Shown piece by piece: positions 55,878-64,000 of a stretch of 64,000 bases of DNA. This DNA is from Octopus sinensis (Eukaryota). The notes under the pieces are model-generated. The model ran no database searches. It was not told the DNA's origin and saw only the letters and a program-made list of their open reading frames with translations. A program made the translations under genes and the position numbers. The stretch spans positions 52,390,001-52,454,000 of the forward strand of contig NC_043006.1 of NCBI RefSeq assembly GCF_006345805.1. Direction: 5' to 3'. The stretch's first letter is position 1. The number at the start of each line of letters is the position of its first letter.

Positions 55878-56928
55878 CTGTAAAAGATCAGTAAGAAGAC
55901 TTTATGAAATATGTTTCTATAGCATTTGCGATTTTTATTTTTGACTTTTTGTCGTCATATGTAATATGTCTATGTGCAGATAAAAAAGACTCAATCATTT
56001 TCAATGTTTTACTGATATTTCGTATGAAACTGAATATCTTATTTATTTGTTCACGGAGACATTGCTAATAAGCTCGATATCATTCGGGCCTTAAATACAC
56101 TGGATAGACCGATTAATAGATGTAATGTATACTTGACAGCTAATTCGGTTACTAAATTGCCAATGCATTTTTAGTGATTGTTTTTCGTTGCATAATAAAT
56201 AAATAAATAAGTAAAAATCTATAGAATTTTAGCCAACAATACACATACTCTTTTCTTTTACTTGTTTGGATTGCAGCTATGCTTTGAGGTTAGTCATAGT
56301 TTATTCAATCAAATCGTCCCGAGTATTTTTTAAGTCTGGCACCTATTCTTTCTCACTCACTTTACCAAACCGTTAAGTTACGAAAAATAAGCAATCACCA
56401 CTAATTCTAAGTCATGAGAGTCGAAGACAAACACAAAGTCATGCGTTTACCGGCAGCCTTATATAGGTTTCTGTCCACCAAATTTACTCACAAGCTTTTG
56501 GTCGATCCGGAACTATAGCAAAATATATTTTCCCAAAGTGCTGCACAGTTAAACAGAAACCGAAACCAAATGCTTGTTAAGTGATCTTCGTAAACGCAAT
56601 GCTATACTTGTGCCTCTCTATATATAATTACCTAGTGGTCAGAAACCACGGAATCAGTCAGGTCAGTTTCAGCCTATTGCTGAGGTTATTTAAGCTCTTA
56701 GTAACAATGGGTTTATTAGCGGTGGGCATCGAATGAGTAGTCAGTTGTTGACAAAATCTCACGAAAAGGTTAAAACTAGTCCGGCTGATTACTCTTTTAC
56801 CTCTTCATAAAGTTATTGTATATAAAGACAGGATGCTTACATCTATCTATAACATGCAGTGTTAGATAAAAGCTATAGTTACTTTCTACAGTACTAAAAC
56901 AGAAAAGTCTATTACTATACATATAACT

Positions 56929-56971
<43 letters not shown>

Positions 56972-57142
56972 ACACACAGAGACTCGCGCACACACGCACC
57001 CTCGCCCCACATACATAATGGAAGAATGAAACAAAATGTATAAATAGATGATGAATAAGGTACCGGTTCAGTTTAGGTTACCCGCTGTTTTCCGTAGATA
57101 TACTGCAGGAACTTCACAGTGGCGGTTGGGCTAATAGTATTC

Positions 57143-57470
57143 ATAAATAGGTGATGGAGTGTGTATTAGACTTTATCATGTACAACACATGTTTCGACCC
57201 ATCGTTCTGGGTCTCTTCGGGAAGATCAATAAAAAGTTGCACTAGAGATTTCTTGGGTCGGTTTACTTACTGCTTTATATCCTTCAAATTCGTGAATGAG
57301 TAAAAAGGAAGAAAAATTCTCGAATTTGATGGACATATAGTAGTAAGCAAGCCGACCCAAGAAATCTCTAGTGCGACTTTTTATTGATATACTTGAAGAG
57401 ACACAGAACGACGAGTCGAAACATGTTGTACTTAATAAAGTCTAATACAGCACACCATCTTCTATTTATA
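57143..57470. mobile_element. Penelope-type foldback with two mutated hammerhead cores
   Basis: Arms at about 57143-57290 and 57330-57470. Cores are CCGAAGA-GACCC...GGGUC-GAAAC (minus) and UUGAAGA-GAC...GUC-GAAAC-AU-GUU (plus). Confidence 0.7.
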
Positions 57471-57472
57471 TA

Positions 57473-57514
<42 letters not shown>

Positions 57515-57635
57515 TTGGCGTTTACTGTTTTTTTTCTTGAGAATACACCCATTGTGGTAAGGCGATTTGACGTCTATTTCTAGCGTATAGGAATCCACTT
57601 TAGTGGTCATTCCTCTTATTAATTGTATATATAAG

Positions 57636-59390
57636 TCAGGTCGCTCTCGAGTGCTATTAGTCGCACTTGTTCATTACTGGTAACATGTTACCCAGTACAG
57701 CCTGTTACATAGTCGCATCGTCGGTGAGTAAACTGGTAACCTCACCAAGCTTGCTTGCTGAAGAGAGTGATAGATGGACACCCTGCTGGACTAAAAATAA
57801 AACTTGTCATAGAGGGCAGGAGAACTAATGAGTTGTCAACGGCCATCCAACTATATATGCGTATAATTTTTCCTGGTGTATTTAATTCCATATATTTGGG
57901 GGCAGATGGGGCTCCTTAACCGTTGTGAAGGTATCCCATCTAGGAAAGGGAAACTCTGATATTAACCCAGGCTTTTGGTTGCTGATGACCTCCTTAACAA
58001 GGCTGTACTGTCAGCAAACTCTGACTCATAGGGTAGACTAGGTTCTCCAGCTTGTTTATAACGACTCGTCTAGGAGATGGAAACCTCTGGAGAAAAAGCC
58101 TGAGGTATGTTGTTGTTGGTATTTGTGGCGCATATGTGCACCATATTCTTGCTATCATCACTTCCAAAAAGTGTGGCTGGTTCTACACAAGCCTTCAGTA
58201 CTCAAATCAAATCATATGTGTGGGTTTTCTGACAACTTACATTTATTCATGCAATATGGCATAGCTTCAACTTGAAAAAAATCAAAATGTCCTCTGGCGA
58301 GAGAGTGAAAGTGGCAGGAATAGGTAAAGGATATTGATGGAAATCTCTTGCTCGATCTCTACACAGTTGGCGACCATTGGGTGATGGCCGTTCAAGCACA
58401 GAACGTGCGAGTAACTGTGCTGTCCGTGTCCTCCAGTAGTGACAAAGCAGCTTTTTTAGACACAGCACTGCTTTCCTCAACAGGAAGAGCGGCGAGAAAT
58501 GGAGCCCTAAACACTGCTTATTCACATTAAAGTTATGAACCCGCTTCAGCTGTCTGGTTATTCAGTAACGCAGTTGAAACACGAAGAAATCTAAGGATAT
58601 TAACCTTGGCTTTTGGAATGTGCGCACTCTCCAAGACAGTCACTCAGCACTAGAACGAAAAATAGCACTGGTCGCCCTTGAACTAAAGAAATACAATATT
58701 GACATAGCTGCACTCAGTGAAACTCGTCGAGCAGAGTCATTACAGTTAGAAGAAAGTAAAGGTGGATACATATTTTTATGGTGTTGGTTTTGCCATCAAA
58801 ACAAATAGCTAGATTAATTCTTTCATCGCATCAGGACACTAGCGTTGGAACTTGATCACAACACTCGTACTATGTTTGTCAGCTGCTATGCCCCAACCAT
58901 GGCCAGCACTGAAGAGGAAAAGGATGAATTTTACGACCAACTCCGTGATGTCATCTCCAGTTGCGACAATAGGGATAAACTTATCCTTATGGGTGATTTT
59001 AACGCTCGTGTTGTTACTAATTATCAGGCATGGGAGGGTGACTTATTCACCATGGTGTAGATCGAATGAACTCCAGCGGGCTGCATGTGATTTCCATCTG
59101 CAGGGAATTCATTCTAAGCATCACAAATACCATTTTTTACTACAGTGAAATTGTTACAAGAGGACCTGGATGCATCCTAGATTTAAGGATTGGTATCTCA
59201 TAGATTATGTTATCACTAAGAAACGAGATGTTAGGGACTTTAACGTTATACGTTCCTTTCATAACACCTGCTATCTTTCTGCCCATTCTCTTCTCCGTAG
59301 TAAGGCTACGTTCCAGTTGAAACACACAAGACTACAAAAGTCATCAGTGCCTAGGCGCATTAATGTTCTGCTTTTGAAAAACCGCTGAAA
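57636..59390 (+). mobile_element. Degraded 5' half of an RTE LINE (APE domain)
   Basis: WNVRTL...RKIALVALELKKYNIDIAALSETR, SCYAPT, LMGDFNARV, WMHPRFKDWYLIDYVI, with multiple stops and frameshifts. Confidence 0.85.
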
Positions 59391-59536
59391 TGCAGGCTGA
59401 GCTCTCTATCAATTTGGGCTCTGCACTCAAGACTGTAAAATAGTGGCTTTAAGAAGGGCATCCAGCCACAAAACCCATGCCAAAGCAGACGGGTGCCAGA
59501 CGTAGCCCTGGCTTGTTGGCCCCTGTTATATATATA

Positions 59537-59581
<45 letters not shown>

Positions 59582-59753
59582 TAACATTCCGAAATATGGA
59601 TAATTTGTTATGAAACTTTTCTACATATACGTCTCAGATGGTGTAGATTACGGTTATATAGGAATTTGTCGTGTAAAGCATTTCTCTCTCTTTTAAATAA
59701 ACTCAAAGGTCACCGGTCCTTAACGTTGTTGTTTAGTATACTAGAAATAGCAG

Positions 59754-59839
<86 letters not shown>

Positions 59840-60208
59840 GTATATATATATTCTTGACTGAGGTTAGCTTATTCTCTGAATAATCGGTCCAATCGGCTTA
59901 AGGCCAGTTTGGGAACAAATATACCATATATATCACTACATTCATCCTATCTGAATTCTAGGAAGGATTAAACACTAACATTATTAATTAAATACCAAAA
60001 AAGAAAATGTCTTATGTACAAAAACAGTATCGGGAAATTAATTCTATAAGCAAACCTATAACTATCTCTTAAATTATCTCTTAACTAAATAGCAAATTAT
60101 ACCTTGAAGTCCATACAGATAATATCCCCACCAGTCTTCCATAGTTATTTATCCAAACACGAAAGCTTTTATATTCTATATATTCTAATCTTTCCATTAT
60201 ATATATAT

Positions 60209-60327
<119 letters not shown>

Positions 60328-60494
60328 TATACATACATATGTATGTATATGTATGATGTATATATATATCAAGGACGGGTCATTCGAAGCTTTCTAGCCT
60401 CAGTCAAGAACTGGATCATCGTCGCAATTTCGGCTGAGTGGATATGTATGTGTATATATATAAATATATATAAACATATATATATATATATATA

Positions 60495-60571
<77 letters not shown>

Positions 60572-60777
60572 TACACATGCTTGCAAGCACATACAAACAT
60601 ACATAGATACACCCCCGCACATATGTATATGTATATATAAAGACACATATATGTCTAAAAAAATTATACAGAATCTCTGTGGAGTGGTGTGGTGTGACGT
60701 TTGTGTGTGTGTGGTGTGTGCGTGCGTGCGTGCGTGTGGGTGTTCGGTTTGTAAAGAATCCAAGACAGAATACTTAC

Positions 60778-60834
60778 AGAAGTTATTGTAGCAAGAAAAG
60801 CGCAGAGCAGGAATCTACCGGCTGATTGAATCAT
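60778..60834 (-). CDS. Copy B exon 1, signal peptide [19 protein letters not shown]
   Basis: ATG followed by a hydrophobic core and a TCT|GTAAGT donor in phase 0. It continues into PIVA-DYVIDVK of exon 2. Conserved in copy A. Confidence 0.88.
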
Positions 60835-61057
60835 GCTGATTGCCTTATTAAGAATTGTCTTATGAGCTTTTAGATGTATACAGTGTATGTATAATTATCA
60901 CTAGTCCACTCGTCCTTGCAAAGGCGACGCTAGTCGACGTATTGAACAGCGACTTAAACTCACAGGGGCTCCGGTGCAGAAATGAACTCACTGAATTCTT
61001 TGAATAAGTCCGGTGAACAAACAAGGCAATTCTGGTAGGCAACGCGAGAAAGCCCAG

Positions 61058-61083
61058 TATTTATAGGATATGGTCAGTGGGAA
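61058..61083 (-). promoter_or_regulatory. Candidate TATA box with adjacent GTGGGAA motif, copy B promoter
   Basis: Same motif and spacing as copy A. Confidence 0.45.
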
Positions 61084-63467
61084 CAATAGCGTATGCCAAA
61101 GTTTACACACAATTGCACGGGTTTGAATGTTGCGCAAGATAACCAATGAAAAGGGATCTCTAGATATTTGTTTTTCTAATCGTACCAATCAGGTACCATA
61201 TTGGTAAGAATAAGGATAAGGAGATGATGGAGAGAAAAAGGAGGGGATAGAGAGAAAAAGCATATCACCTCTAACAGACACGTTGACAACGACAACAACA
61301 ATTACAAAAACACGGATGAAGGTGAAGAATGTAAATGACTGAAAAGAAATTTTTCTGTTGTAAAGTCTAGTAACAAAGTAATTTGAAAATGTAAAGGAGT
61401 TTTATTGTTTTAATGTAAACAAAATGAACGTACACTTATAGAGTAAATACAAAGACTAAAAGATAAATAGAAATCAGACAAACAATAACACAATATTTAT
61501 TTTGTTGTTGTTGTTGAATAGTTTATTACGGAGAATTTTGATTACAAAACAATGGCCAACATTTTTAGATCTCCGGCTAAGTTGTACCGGGTCAGAATAA
61601 AGTACAGAAGTGTTTCTAACAAAGCCTGACTAGTATGTGCCCAGAGCGACGAAACCATTCTGCAAACCAGTTCTGTGTCCGAGCATTCCTAACTCACTGT
61701 AAGTCAATAATGCTTGATTTTATTTGGGAAGGGTAGGAAGTTCTCCTCTGCTAAGTAGTTGTGGTAAAAGAGATTCTATCCTGACAAGATTGAAAATGGC
61801 GCAGACACTTTCTTTTTTGGCAAAACCCTCATCAACTTTTTCAATTACTACTTGGAGAAGATACGGAGAACGATACACTACACACCGGAAAGTTTGCTAA
61901 AAAGTAGGTTAGAGAGCCAAGAATGGCCCAATTAAATGGGCAAATTCTCAACTTGTTCTTTGGTTAAAGGAAACCCACTGGTAGAGAAAGAACTTGCTTG
62001 TTACTGTCAGGATATTCTTAGGGCCTTGCGATTCCTTCATTGGTCCCAGATGTTTGACTAATCACTTGATTACATGTTTTTTCTTCTTTAAACTATTGTT
62101 TTCCATGCTTACTTTTTTTTCCAAAATCGATTCTGCAAACCCTGATCACCATTTTTATAATTTATACTTGTAATGCATATTTTATAATTTATACTTTTAT
62201 AATTTATACATTTTTATAATCTATACTTGTAATGTATACTTGTAGGCGCAGTTCCCTCCCTTGATAGCAGGTTTAAACAAGCTCGCTAGATGTCGCTAGA
62301 GTGTGAGATTCTGATACGATGCCTTACAACTCTCTCCTTTTCTCGGCAAGGCGTCAGATCGTAAAGACGTGATGTAGTCGGCTCTCTGACACCATATACC
62401 ATCTAGCAGACAGGAGGTAACGCACAGAAGAAGATCATGGTCTCCACGCGTCAGCCATTTCCATTTGTCATTCAGTTGTATATATACGCGTGGCCGGCAT
62501 TAAAGACAGTTAAAGTTACAACCTTGTTTCATATGTATTCTTTAACCGTGTTTCTGTCAAATGATATTACAGCCTTCTGAAGGGAATCATGTTTAGATGG
62601 TGTTGGTATCATGGTTGTGGATTCATCTAAACCCTTATCCGTCGAACTTTTGGCGAATAAAATAAATACTATTATTATTTCTAGTAGTAGTAGTGCTCTT
62701 GTTTCAACAGTGGCTGCTTCTGCGTAGTTATTTGTACTGTTGTTTACTTTGTAAAATAGTAAGGGGAGAGAATTACAAGCACATCACACTCTGTCCACAT
62801 TTTTCCCATCCACATCTTTACCATATCTAACTGAATCCGATAAAATTTTTTCTTGCCAAGACCATGTGCCACACCGGAGCACCGGTCAAAGCAGCGAGGC
62901 TACGAAGTTAGTTCCACAAGTTGCATGGAGAAATTCTTTTCACTGGTCCCCCAAGGAATTCTTTGTCTTGGTAAAGCAAATAAAGCTTTGTTTAGCCCAT
63001 TGATTATTGGGTCACTTCCATCCTCAGCACTTGATTTTGACAACAAGGTGAAGGCGAGCTCTGATTGACTATGCAAATGAGTTCATTACTGGGGTCCGGG
63101 ACTCTCGTGCGGAAAAAAAAATTCTCGAGCCGGTCCTGTGCGTAAATGAGATATAGTGAAATGAACTGGACAATCGTAAACGACTGTCATTTTAAACAAC
63201 CATGCTGTGGATGAAATGGGATTCGCTGGACCAGTTTTGAGATTTCATCAGCAGCTTTTGTTCTCCAATCTTCAACGGTGATACACATAGGTAGTATTAT
63301 CAAGAGTTTTATTAATTCGGATACGCCAATGTACATACATGACACATTCTTGGAAACTAGTTGTACTAATGAATTAATGAGGTGTTAGCACTGTTCAATT
63401 TTTATGTTATGAATTGACAAAGAAGCAACCTTATAGATTTTAACCAACGTACGTAAATTAGACTTAA

Positions 63468-63634
63468 ATAGGCGCAGGCATGGCTGTGTGGGAGAAGCTT
63501 GCTTCCCAGTCACATGGTTGTGGGTTCAGTTCCACTGAATGAGACCTTGAGAAAGTGTTTTTTGACTATAGGTTCGAACCGATCAAAAAACTTCTTGAGT
63601 GGATTTGGTTGACGGAAACTTAAAGAAGCCTGTC

Positions 63635-63685
<51 letters not shown>

Positions 63686-63800
63686 TCTATGTTGTGTGTG
63701 TGTCTTTGTGTTTGTTTGTCCCCCGCCACCGGTGTCGGTGTGTTTATGTAAGCGGAAGAGGGAACTGAAAGAAGCCCGTCGTATGTCTATATATATATAT
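63468..63800 (+). mobile_element. tRNA-derived SINE predating the gene duplication
   Basis: Same position and sequence as 15948-16110 plus 30390-30490. Confidence 0.75.
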
Positions 63801-64000
63801 ATATGTATGTGGGTGTATGCATGTATACAGATACATGCAGATATATTTCTTAACACAGTTGTTATAGACATTAAGTTAAAACTTATAAAAATATAAAAAA
63901 TTCAAGTGTCTTATATTTATTTCATCAAATAAGTTTATTGAGGAATGGAAAAAAGTTATCAATCGCCGTTCTTTAAATTCCTTTTAGGAAAACATTTGAA

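Overview
AT-rich, microsatellite-dense, intron-containing animal genomic DNA. The SINE, RTE and Penelope repeat repertoire looks like an octopus or other coleoid mollusc, but this is an inference. None of the long ORFs in the track describes the main gene correctly. Manual splice-site reading on the minus strand recovers two tandem paralogues of one multi-exon gene. Copy B (ATG 60834 to stop 39232) assembles with canonical GT-AG introns and consistent phases into a ~760-aa protein: signal peptide, Delta/Serrate N-terminal (MNNL/C2) domain, DSL domain, 13 EGF repeats (11 in one 1218-nt exon), a 15-nt micro-exon, a six-cysteine type-2 chitin-binding (peritrophin-A/CBM14) domain, then stop. I found no transmembrane exon. 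Copy A (ATG 13406) has the same first five exons and runs off the left edge. The best candidate for a new system is therefore a tandemly duplicated, fast-diverging, secreted Notch-ligand-like protein with a chitin-binding tail. Between the copies, 16.1-35 kb is almost entirely nested transposons: two Penelope-like elements, a Helitron, a CR1/L2-group LINE and an RTE LINE, inserted into the microsatellites of one SINE. The window also has many Penelope-derived foldback elements with type-I hammerhead ribozyme motifs, several lying in the sense orientation within the gene introns. All alignments, counts and RNA folds were done by eye and need computational confirmation.
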